Assembly: GCF_023055435.1 (NCBI RefSeq)
Contig: NW_025963890.1
Coordinates: 62,496,001-62,560,000 of the forward strand
Source of the DNA: Haliotis rufescens
Taxonomy: Eukaryota
Length of the DNA stretch: 64,000 nucleotides
Direction of reading: 5' to 3'
Part shown: piece by piece, positions 1-11,340 of the stretch
Position numbering within the stretch: the stretch's first letter is position 1
How the letters are laid out: the number at the start of each line of letters is the position of its first letter
Notes under the pieces: generated by a model
Told to the model about the DNA's origin: nothing
The model's input: the letters and a program-made list of their open reading frames with translations, nothing else
Database searches by the model: none
Translations under genes and position numbers: made by a program

Positions 1-559
1 AAAGTTCAAATATGTCAATACATTTGATTATCAACGTTGTACAATAATATTCCGCACGAAATCTGAATTAAATACTTCATTCATCGACCCAAGAGCCTTT
101 GACACTAAACGTGGTGACCAAAGATAAAGTTATATCTTTAACTGCAAGGTTCAGGACAATTTGTCCAACATGAAAGTTAAATTCATGTGGAATGCTGAAC
201 CCTACCTAATTGATAACGTCAATGCGGCAAAAGGTAGGCGTCTCCATAGTGTTCCCCTCCTTGCTGATCGCCGTGCGTACTGGCAACATAAAACAAAATT
301 TAGCCAAGAAGTTTCACTTAAGCTCTGTGACGCATCGGTGACACTAATGATATCCGATGCAATTCCCCATTCAGGTGAACAATTGACTTGCCTTTCATGT
401 GTTTTTGACGGGTGCTACCTTTAGGTACACGTGGTTTCATCACTATATGGTAGTGATTCATAAACACATGTTTATGTTACAGTCGGGATCGTACAATGGA
501 CTTCTCATGATTCTTGAAGGTTTTTTTCGCTTTTATCACACGTTCTCCTTTCTTGACTG

Positions 560-822
560 GACCAGTGAAAATCTAGAGTAGAGTAGGTCTTCAGCAACTC
601 ATACTTGGCGTAAAAGGCGACTATGCTTGTCGTAAGAAGCGACAAACGGTATCGGTCGGTAAGGCTTGGACTTGGTTGATGCATGTCATCGTATCCCAAT
701 TGCGTGGATCGATGCTCATGGTGTCAATCACTGGATTGTCTGGTCCAGACTCGATTATTTGCAGAAAGCCGTCATATAGCTTGAATACTGCTGAGTGCGG
801 CGTTAAACAACAAACAAACAAA
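560..822 (+). mobile_element. Head-less SINE-like element (CCCGTGAAG...GTCGTAAGAGGCGACTAA...GCGGCGTTAAA(CAAA)n)
   Basis: Dispersed copies on + at ~12095-12321, 31203-31275/37538-37735 and 53243-53470. Copies on - at 3311-3470, 14693-14885, 18085-18250, 40490-40680, 43815-44055, 49615-49745 and 52400-52620. The 3' tail is LINE-like. Confidence 0.8.
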
Positions 823-1636
823 CTTTTCTTCGACTTACCATCACGATGTAGATGTTACTGAAGGATGGAATAGGGCAGCTATGGATTAAACAATCATATA
901 TCGATATATCGATAAAAGAATACAATGGCATATTTATACATTAATTAATGACATCATTTGTACAGAAATTAAATGTTAACATTGATACAGTCGGAATCTT
1001 ACAATGGATTTCTTATGATTATGGAAGGGTTTTGTAGCTTTTAATACATATTCTGTTGTCTTGACTGACCATCACTATGTGGATGTCACTGAAGGATGCA
1101 GTAGGGCACTTATGGATTAAACAATTAAATTTCGATATATCCATGCAATATAATGGCATGCCATGAGTATGCCAATGACATATTGATACACCACGTAATG
1201 ATTATCCTTTGTACAAAACATTAATTTTGACATTGAATTGTTGGTGACTTGTAAAATATGGCAGCCATAATTTCCCACAACTCTTAACCATGTCTTTACA
1301 CGGAAAATCGTTTTTTGTCAAAACACAGAATATTTAAGTTGGTTCAGAAACTGTTTGTGAAAAATTTGGTTAAGATCAAGGTATCAGTACATTAGGTTGA
1401 ATAGATGTCTTCATTTAACATTATTTGGCGATGTATACTCCTGTCATACAATGTTATATCTAGTTTGATCCTAAGTATGTTTGACACCAATGACTAGGTC
1501 TTTCTACTGCCAACTGTCACATGACTTAAAACCCTCAAGGGTGATGTGCTTACAAAGATAACACAGTTAAAACATTTCCACATGCCCTTGAATGACATCT
1601 TCTGACTTGTAGCATTTGTTTCGTTGCAACAACAAT

Positions 1637-1675
1637 AATGAATGAATGAATGAATGAATGAATGAATGAATGAAT
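1637..1675. repeat. (AATG)n microsatellite
   Basis: Directly visible. Confidence 0.95.
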
Positions 1676-3688
1676 ATAATAAACAACATTGACATTACAT
1701 ATCATTACTATGAATAAAAACAGGGTTTGTCATGTGATTCTAAATTACCCACCGCATTTTAACTTTTTAAAATATTTTATGGGTACTTCTAAGCGACAAC
1801 TTCCACCAGAACTGTTAATGTTGTAAGGGACACAGCTCTTCAAAATACTATTTTGTATATGTTGTAAACGACTTGACCTCATTGTGTAGTTGCGCAGCTG
1901 CCAATGAGACCTTTAAGTCAACTGTCAATATTACGTCACTATTGCTAGTAGGCTCGGTGGTTTGAGAGAGACGGCATATTTATTCACACAGTGCATTACA
2001 ATTCACCGGGGCACTTATTCCTATTTCTATTACTTTCGTCATCACTCGCATCTTTCCGTAACCTGCAAGAAACCTCCGCCATGCGTCGAAACGGCGTAAG
2101 TTAATCAGAATGCTCGTCAGGATATGGGTCCTTCGAAACATACAATTTCGAGTATTTAAATCAAATTTGGCAATATGTGTTGTTTAAAAGCCTCGGAAAA
2201 TGTAGATTGTCAATTTCACACCACAGTGTATACGGATAACAGTAATATGTTACACAAATTTATGTTGTTGCATAAAAGGCAGGATGTTGGATGTACACTG
2301 CGTTTGAGTACGTTGAGGAAACAGCTCACTTGACTACGACATCCGTTCATTTGAGCTAAAACTAGACCGGTTTCCATAACTACATTGAGTCTAATATCCA
2401 ATGTATAATATCGCAAGAGTTGAAAAAAGATGTATTTAAGTAATTAACTAATCACCGATTGCAATACAAAGTATTCACGTAACTCTTTAACTCTCATTAT
2501 GTGATATTGTGTTGCTGACATGTTAGTCCATTTGCCATATTTACAAATTTGATTGTAACAGACCAAGATAGGTAATGCTCCATGAAAGTCATAAAAACAT
2601 GAGTAATTTTCATACAGATTAACGGAACATATGTTCGAGTGAAGTATTAGAATTTGTAAAATGGACATGTAGCTTGAAGAGATGGCTAAATTTGCTAAGG
2701 TCACACATATTTTTCATGGTATTGATGGATAATGTCTAAAGTGCACAATTGAAGTGTATGTCAGCTCAGCTGAGTTTAGACGTGCACCAATAAGACAGCT
2801 GTTATCTATAAACTATGTAAACTGCTCTGTGTTATAAAGATAATGTTGACCCGCCAGCACTGACATTTATAGAGACAATCCACTTCTATGACACGTGATT
2901 TAACAATGATGTTTGACGTTTCTTTATTTGCATAAACGCGTGGATTTGTGTGGATGGATTATAAATATCACAATTAGGGAAGTGGTACTATATTTAAAAC
3001 GGATTTAATTGCTATAAATATATATTTGGGTGATACCTGGTTCTACACAAACACCACTGTGTAATGAAAGATCCATGTCGCATACCTATATTACTTTAAC
3101 AAACTGAGATACCTGAACAAAAATACAATTGCAAGAAAAAAATTGATTCCTCAATAAACATTAACAACTATATGATGGTTGGTACACCAGAAATCATTAT
3201 TATTTCAAAACTTGTAAAAGAAAAGAAGAAAGCTATCTTAAAGAGATCAGCTATAAATACATCGAGGATTTGTTGACGAAAATTTAATGAAAAATAGTAT
3301 GTTTGTTTAGGTCTGTAAATAATCGAGTCTGGAGGGAATAGATATTCCACTTACTGACACCATGAGCATCGATCCACGCAAATGGGATACGATGGCATGC
3401 TGTCAGCGAGCCTGAACACCCGATCTCGTTTGTCACCTCCTTCGGCAAGTATGGTTTGCTTGAGACCTTGCACTTACTGAAGGAAACCAGGTACTATCTT
3501 GACTCATTAACACATATCCACACATGCATCTATTAATCTTAATTTATCTTTCAGGAATCACCAACATGTTGTGATATAAACACCGAAGTAGCATGCGAAC
3601 TTGCAATCCATTCCAATATCTTTCAAAGAAAAACAAATGCAAAAAAAAAATCTTCGAATATTTATTTTGTATGACAGCATTGTTTGTA

Positions 3689-5131
3689 TCAACACCACCC
3701 AGGACTCCATACACCGCCATAGTATTTTGGGTTCGCCCTTGGAACATGAGAATGGTCCTGGGCCGGGACACGGGTTTTCTTCCAGTTCTCCAGCCTCTTC
3801 TTCATCATGTCCACTAGCTCAGGGTACTTGCCTGAGAGGTCGAAATGTTCAGTTGGATCTGCAGTAATGTTGTACAGCATGAAGGGAGGGAAGGTTTGGT
3901 TATCAGCTTGAAAAACACGTTCATCAATTCCAAGATGTGGCAATGGAGCCCAACCGTTATGATGTCCCGGACTTCCTTGCATAAGTTTGAGATCTCCGTA
4001 CCTTATGGCAGCCGCTTCTTGACTGTCATAGATGTTGTAGACGAACTCATTCCGTTTGGAATGTCCACCATTGATGAGCATGTCGTACTGACTGACTCCG
4101 TCCATGTTTGGGTCTGTGTTCTCTCCACCAGCCAGCTCCAACAATGTCGGGTACCAGTCCACAGCATGCATCATTCCAGTGTTGAGGTAGCCCGTCTTTT
4201 TCAAAAGTGTTTTACTGTAGATGAATCCTGTACCTTTCGTTCCCCCTTCCCAGAGAGTAGTCTTGGCCCCTCTTAAAGGCAAGTTATTAGCAGCAACATA
4301 TGTGGGACCACCATTATCGGTTGTAAAGACTAACAATAAATTGTCCATGAGACCTTTGTCTTCTAATGCCTTAGTGATATTCCCAACAGCTTCATCCAAA
4401 GCACTCACCATTCCACAATAGACCCTTCTTTTTATGGTTTCTATATTTTTGTACATGTTTTCATATTTAGGTGGAACTTCAAGAGGTACATGTACAGACT
4501 GGAATGGAAGGTACAGATAAAGTGGCTTACTGTTGTCGTGGTTCTCAATTATTTCAACAGCCCTGTCCGCAAACACATTTGCAGAATAGGTTCCATTGGC
4601 GTCTCTTTTGACAGTCTTGTTGACGCGAAAATCCAGCCCCACTTCTTCGCTACTTAGCTGTCTCACGTGAGTAAAGTAGTCCTCATCACCATTGTAATAT
4701 CCAAGATAGGAATCAAAGCCTCTCTCCGTGGGTGTATATTTCCAGTTACAGAATCCAAGATGCCACTTTCCAACCATGTGAGTATCATAGCCAAGTTGTT
4801 TCAGTTTTTGTGGTATTGTTGTTAGATTGGCCGGCAGGTGTTTTGCTTGATCTATCCCAATAACGCTGTCCTGTAGTCCAGTGTGATAGGGGAAATATCC
4901 CGACATGAAGCAGTTTCTGGAGGGTGAACACAAAGGCTGGACGTAAGAAGAGTTGAGGATGACTCCAGCCTTGGCCAGTCTGTCCAGGTTAGGAGTGATC
5001 ATTTGAGGGTTCCGAAATCCAACATCGTTCCATCCGAGGTCATCAGCGACTATAAATACAATGTGAGGTTTCTCTGCACATTCGCAGATAACAAAAGTCA
5101 GAAGAATAAAGACAGCTCTTTGGAGATTCAT
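3689..5131 (-). CDS. Arylsulfatase B-like secreted sulfatase (S1 family), copy g1, single coding exon
   Basis: Intact ORF with signal peptide MNLQRAVFILLTFVICECA, ADDLGW, FGly motif CSPSR, GKWHLG, SVH, TDNGG, RGAK and the C-terminal GVWSPGWC. ATG 5131 is the start shared with the paralogs; an in-frame upstream ATG at 5167 is private to this copy. Confidence 0.93.
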   Translation of the reverse strand: MNLQRAVFILLTFVICECAEKPHIVFIVADDLGWNDVGFRNPQMITPNLDRLAKAGVILNSSYVQPLCSPSRNCFMSGYFPYHTGLQDSVIGIDQAKHLPANLTTIPQKLKQLGYDTHMVGKWHLGFCNWKYTPTERGFDSYLGYYNGDEDYFTHVRQLSSEEVGLDFRVNKTVKRDANGTYSANVFADRAVEIIENHDNSKPLYLYLPFQSVHVPLEVPPKYENMYKNIETIKRRVYCGMVSALDEAVGNITKALEDKGLMDNLLLVFTTDNGGPTYVAANNLPLRGAKTTLWEGGTKGTGFIYSKTLLKKTGYLNTGMMHAVDWYPTLLELAGGENTDPNMDGVSQYDMLINGGHSKRNEFVYNIYDSQEAAAIRYGDLKLMQGSPGHHNGWAPLPHLGIDERVFQADNQTFPPFMLYNITADPTEHFDLSGKYPELVDMMKKRLENWKKTRVPAQDHSHVPRANPKYYGGVWSPGWC

Positions 5132-5545
5132 TTTGCTTCTGCTTAATGTGATACATTGTGCTTCCATTTAAAGGTTTCCAATAGATAACGTGATTTTCGT
5201 GACTTGCCTAGAGCATGAATTCTTTCTGTGTGATTACCAGCTGGATAGTTCCCTTGTCAAGATATATACAACAGAATTTATGCAGATGTTGCATGACCTT
5301 TTTCACGAAGCCTGCATGTAAAACGATAACCCATATAATATATGAAATTCTTCAGTCTGAGATGTTTTGAGAAAATCGGAAGAACTGGACGACTGCTGAG
5401 CATCATTGTTGTTAATATTTTAGTTCAGTGCTCGTATGTGTAATTGTGCTATGCGTTCATTGAACTCAAATAACAATACATTTACACTTCTTCTTTAAAA
5501 TCTTATCACAGTGTTAATTGTTCATATGAACGGGGCATACAGAAT

Positions 5546-5930
5546 AACATCAGCAGACACCAGCCAGCCATGAACCGTGACCTATCTGCCTTGTGCTTGG
5601 GACACATTGCTTTGGCTTCCATTTGCCCATTGCTATGTCCATTCTTTCAGCTATCAGTGCTAATTACCCACGGCCTCCTGTTTGCCCATTGTCCATTGCC
5701 TATTACTTATCTATGATAACTTAGGTACTGTCTTTCTTTCTAGTTGCTAGTTTCTACCCGTTGTTCTTTTCCACCTTTTGTTATCTTATTAATTTTGTTG
5801 TCCTTACATGTACATATATTAGCTCTCTGCCTCATGGCATTTATTCGCCTGATGAAGGAGTAAGCATATACTCCGAAACGTTGTGTTCCTCATAATAAAG
5901 AAGTTGACATCCATATATTCTCTTCCTTAC
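5546..5930 (+). mobile_element. Penelope-like element 3' fragment with minimal hammerhead motif (5846-5885)
   Basis: GIY-YIG C-terminal remnant (PAMNRD..LPCAW), then CTGATGA-AGGAG-loop-CTCC-GAAACGTT, then AATAAA. Confidence 0.7.
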
Positions 5931-6374
5931 ACAATAACACAAAGAAATATATGTTCAAGAATCAATGAACACTTTCTCTTGAAATTTTTTACCCTCTTAA
6001 CATAGTATTAATTGTGCATATGAACGGGGCCTACCGAATAGCTCTATAGCTGGTAATTGTTTATGTCATGGTTTATGTAGTGGACATGTGGGGGACGTGT
6101 TGGGCAGGATACGCTCAGATGTTCCTGCTATCAGTACTATTTGATAATGAATCATGAATACATGCTCATGATATAGTCGGAATCGTATAATAGAGCGGGT
6201 TTTGTCGCTTTTATTTACACTCTTACAGCTGCACATCTTTTTCTTGAGCGTCATTGTATTCTATTACAAGTTATTGATTTTTTGTGAAGCTTTGACATGT
6301 ATTAGTTTGGAAGAACAAATGCATTGGGTTAGTTGTCCTGTGTTGTGCACGTGGTATGTATCTAAGACATGACT

Positions 6375-9300
6375 GACTGAGTGAGTGAGTGAGTTAAAAT
6401 TTAAGTCACATTGGCAATATTTCAGCAATATCGTGACTAGCAATAGTTTAACATAATACATATATTGAAATTTATATAAAAACCTGCCAACGAAGGACAG
6501 TAAAATAACTAGACTTATCACAGAAATATATTTTAAAACTAGTATGGAATCATAAAATTGATAGCACTAAAGATAACATCATAGTATAAAAACGGGCCGT
6601 AGATCGCAAGCAACTGAAGGTAGATCACCATACTAGGTCCCATTGGGACTTACAGTACTTCAGCTTCCTGCATGGAACCCAGCAGGATTTACATCATCCC
6701 TTCAGCAACTGGTGATTGTGCGCAAAATTAGCCAAAATTAAAATGACAAATATACTACGTTTAAAAGAGTATAGGCAGAACTATTCTTAATATATCCTCT
6801 CAGGGGGACAATAATTTTACACTACGTCAACCCCCTTTGAGGATACTGCCAGTAACAAACTCAGCTATATAAATTCATTCTACAAATGTTAAAAGGTCAT
6901 TCATTTTATACAACACATGTAATCAAAATTTTCTATACAATTTTATTTCTTTTAAAAACCCAATAATTAAATGAGAATCAATATTGTTAAAAAGATCCTT
7001 TAGAGAAGATGATTTGAAATATTTATCCCTTGTGATGGCAAAATCAATACAGTCAAGCAGAACATGCTTGACTGATTCTCTCATCACAAGGGATACAAAA
7101 TGGAGGATCTTCACCGTTTAATAAATATTTGTGACTATATTTACTATGGCCAATACGACATCATCGTAAAATGACCTCTTCAAATCTGGACTGACAACCC
7201 AAGTAGGTGTAACGGATATTTGGTTTAATTTCATGTAATTTATTGATACCTAATTGGGAGTCCCCCTTCTGTTGCATTTAATCTCTGATGTAACATCTAA
7301 TAACTGGTTTGATGTCGCTGTATGGGATCAGATGTGGTGTCACAGATTTGTTGAGGGCTGCTTTTGCAGCAGCATCGGCCATTGTGTTCCCAGTGATTCC
7401 AACATGGCTGGGTAACCAACAGAAAACGATGTCGTATTGGCCAGTAGCAAGATCATTAAACAATTCAATAATTTCTATTAAAAGTGGATGCGTGGAAGAC
7501 TTTTTTTTAATAGCCTGAAGGCAAGAAAGAGAGTCTGATAAAATAATGAACTCTTTATGTTTAGTTTGGTTGTGGATGTATTTTAGAGCTGTTAAAATAG
7601 CATTTGCATTCGCTGTGAAAATAGAGCAGTTATCTGGTAATCTGGTTGAGATAGTTCTAGATCCAATGACGGTGGCGCTTGCAACAGCGTCACCGTCCTT
7701 GGATCCATCTGTAAATATAGAACTGTGAGTATCATACGTGCTACGTTATTCATTTTATTGTTGTTGATAAATTAGTTGATTTGAGTCCGATTTTTTTAGT
7801 TTACTTAATGTCAAGTCCACCTCTTGCTTTACTAACTGCCATGGTGGAGAAGTGAACAGCCGAGTGGGGGCTATGGTTTCAAGATTGATTTGGGCAGCAG
7901 AAACATCAGATTGTATTCTTATTCCAAGTGGTGGAATAAGAGATGTCTTTTTATCTTATGGAATTTTAATGAAAGATTCTAAACGTACTAAATGATCGAC
8001 GGTACTACAATTTTTGCGGAAACCACATTGAATGTTAGTAATGAGATTGTTGGTTTCCAAGTACCAAACTAAACGATTATTTATCATACGTTCCATAGTC
8101 TTACAAACACAGCTAGTGAGGGATATTGGTCTATAATTCGGGATCGGTATGATCACGACCAGGCTTAGGAATAGGAATGACAGTAGCATTTCGCCATGAT
8201 GATGGAAAATTACCAGAAGTCCAAATATCGTCAAAGATATTTAACATTGTTTCTAAACACGATTCAGGTAAATGTTTAAGGAGCTGATAGTGAATATTAT
8301 CTGGCCCCGAAGCACTATCATGAGCTTGCCCAAGGGCGATATGGAGCTCACGAACGGAAAAGATTCCATTATAATCCTCACCGTTATCGGACTTAAAATT
8401 AATTTTCTTTTTTTCTTGCTGTGCCTTAAATTTCTGAAAGTTTGGCACATAATTTGACGATGAGGAATGTTTAGCTAATATTTCACCTAATTTATTTGCA
8501 ATATCAGATTTATCTGTTAGAAGAGTGTCACCCTCCTTCAGATGGCGAACACTGGATTTGGACCCATTTCCTTTAACTTTCTGCACCATATTCCAAACCT
8601 TAGTAATAGGTGTTCGTGAATTAATTTTAGAAACATACTTTTGCCATGACTGTCGTTTATTTTGCTTAAATGTGCGACGAGCCTTGGCATTTGAAATTTT
8701 AAATAGATTTAAGTACAGTTATGGACTGTGGGATGACGACGAAAATATTTTTCTGCCTTCTTTATGACCATTCTAGCTTGTTTGCAGTCGAAGTTGAACC
8801 ATGGTTTACGAATATGTAGAACTGTAGAGGACTTTGGGATACACTCATCAGCAATTATATCATCAGAAAAGACTTTAATTGGATCAATTACACTTAGAAA
8901 TAATTCGGGTTTTAATCGTTCAGTGCATAATGTGTGAAATAAAGACCAATTGGCATTTGTAAAATTCCATATTAGTAATGGTGGGGTATCAGTTTGGTTT
9001 AAAGTTGAAATAACAGTGGGGAAATGGTCACTTCCACAAAGGTCATTGTGGACTGACCATTCGAATTCATTCAATATATTGGCATCTACAACAGACAAAT
9101 CAAGAGAAGAGTATGAGCCAGTTGCAGGATGTAAATATGTGTTAGTGCCATCATTATAAATACATAAATCATTATTTGAGAAGAAATCCTCGAGTATCTT
9201 ACCAATTGAGTTGGTGTTATTACTGCCCCAAAGTGGATTACGGCCATTGAAATCTCCCATGATAACGCAGGCTTTAGGGAGTTGGTCATAAAGGGCCTGA

Positions 9301-10522
9301 AGTTCAGACTGACGTAGAGAAGATGATGGCGGAATATATAGTGAACACAAAGTAAAAACAATGTGCATGGTCACTCGGATAGCTACAGCTTGAAGTGTAG
9401 TATGCAGAGGAACAGGGCTGTGGGTTACACCATGCTTCACTAAAATTGACGACCCTCCAATAGCTTTAGGTCCTGGAGGAGAAAAGAAATGATATGAATT
9501 ATAGTGTCTTATATCAAGTTGATCTGTATCTCTAATATAGGTTTCCTGCAGGCAAAATGCTGATGGTTTGAAGTTTTGTATTAATAACTGGAAATCATTA
9601 AAATTATTCTTTAGTCCTCTGCAGTTCCATTGAATTATATTATCTGAGGCATTCATGGGGATTCAATTGGAGAACGGGGGCGGGAAGAAGGTCCGTTCCC
9701 ATGATCTGGGAGTGAGGGACCAAACTCCATGTCCAGAGGTTCAAATGGATTATGAACCTCAACAGGGATTTCAACAGAAGGCACCTCCAAGTGCTGGAGT
9801 GCCCTGGTCCTTTTCTTCATTTGTTTTTTTTCTGTTTACTAGTCAAGTGGGCTTTGCCCAAAGTTTGAGTATCATTTCCTGTTGCTGATGGTGTAATTGG
9901 TGGAAAACGTTTCAGTTTGAGAAGCAGATGTCGATACCATAGGGTCAGTTTGGGAGATCTGATGAGCGTCATAAAGGATTATCTGGTCATCTCTGACCCA
10001 GGAGATTGTTGTTTGGCACAGAATAGAAGCTGTGGAAACTTTGGACACTAGAGAGGGAGAAGAGACAGCGACTGAATATGATTTTGTAGAAAGAGATAAG
10101 GATGGAATTAACTTTTTGGCTTCATGATAAGTAATGTTATTTGTGTGCTTTTATTTTAGAATTTTGGTCTCATGATCCAAATCAGGGCATGTTTTAGAAG
10201 AAGCAAGGTGCTCACCGCTACAGTTAGCACATTTGACATCATTGGTGCACTCGGAGCTGTCATGAGCTCCACTGCAGCGGCAACAAATGATAGTCTTGGT
10301 ACAGCAGAATTTAGCGCCATGGCCAAATTTTTTATATTTGAAACATCAGAGTGGGTTGGGTATGTAAACCTCCACTCCGATGTTGAAAAAGGCAGTTCTG
10401 TAACAATTTCCTCCTCACTCATGTCCGTCAGACAATGAGCTCGGTCCCGTACAATCCCTCTACTTGAATTCAATGTTCTGTGCTCTGACACAACAACCTA
10501 AGTATTGACAATACGGTGACTT
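6375..10522 (-). mobile_element. LINE1: I-group (Nimb-like) non-LTR retrotransposon, 5'-truncated and internally deleted
   Basis: APE endonuclease (QWNCRG, GDFN, SDH; 8709-9656), RT start (YRPISLTS), ~1-kb RT deletion near 7955, RNase H remnants (WLPSHVGITGN) and ORF1 remnant 10156-10491. The 3' tail is (CTCA)n at 6375-6395. Confidence 0.9.
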
Positions 10523-10898
10523 GTTAAATATGTCAGTCACACTTGGCAGGTGAAATTCTTATCTTTTGCTCACATCGACACATTCCTGACTATTATATCA
10601 CACATTAAATAGAACAGTCTAGATTGTACATGTAGAAACTTTAAAACCCAATGCCAATTTCGTACTGTCATAATGGATTGATGTCAGAGGGTATTCTGTT
10701 TACTTAGGAAGAAATCTGCCCAAAACATGCATCAGTACAACTACCTTTTGACTTGACTCTAAAACCTGAAGACATGCCCATTCCTCTTCTGTACTGGATT
10801 ACAAAGCTGCAGTACAAAGCGAGATATATTGCAGGTCCAGCAAATGTACATTTAAATCACTGTCTCAAAGATTAACCACAATCCTTCATAAAGTCACA

Positions 10899-11040
10899 GA
10901 GTGAGTAAGTGAGTATGGTTCTTCGACGCTTTTAGCAATATTCGAGCAATATCACGTCGAGGGACACCAGAAAAGGGAACCACACATGTGGGGAATCGAA
11001 CCCGGATCCACGCTTTAACAACTAAGCTACTCCACCGCCG
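10899..11040 (-). mobile_element. tRNA-derived SINE, degenerate copy
   Basis: gggaatcgaacccgg B-box complement and the same tail. Confidence 0.75.
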
Positions 11041-11131
11041 CACAATCAAGGAAGGACTTATTTGCAGTAAGTATTTGAGACGACTGTAAATAATACCTTG
11101 TGAATTTTCAAAAACTCAAAGGATCTGCTTG

Positions 11132-11340
11132 AACTACAGTCAAAACAAGGCATACATCTGATATGAAATGCATATTGTTTCTGATGTGTGAGGTAAAACG
11201 TAGTCGTATTTAAGGGTGCTTTAAAAGATAGCATGACTCGTGACTGCCGTATTTTTGTCAGCTTTAATTTTTTTCCTCGGAGGAAATGCTTATATCGACA
11301 CATTCCTGGTGTTGTACATGTGGAGGCTTAAAACTGCTTA
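11132..11340 (-). pseudogene. Relic 5' end of a deleted sulfatase copy (upstream region plus first 14 codons)
   Basis: ATG at 11173 reads MHFISDVCLVLTVV (compare MNFISALCFIATLV). Positions 11174-11340 align with the g2 upstream region 16549-16740. Confidence 0.7.

Larger units (their letters stand above)
1..6374. repeat. Collapsed duplication unit copy I (spacer X + hybrid gene + upstream Z)
   Basis: 1-3688 matches 11880-15105, and 5132-6374 matches 19840-21044. Confidence 0.85.

Noticed and set aside
3845-4421. Recurrent plus-strand ORFs opposite each sulfatase (e.g. 143 aa and 66 aa)
   Set aside because: Antisense shadows of the conserved CDS; they have no independent motifs and vary in length between copies.
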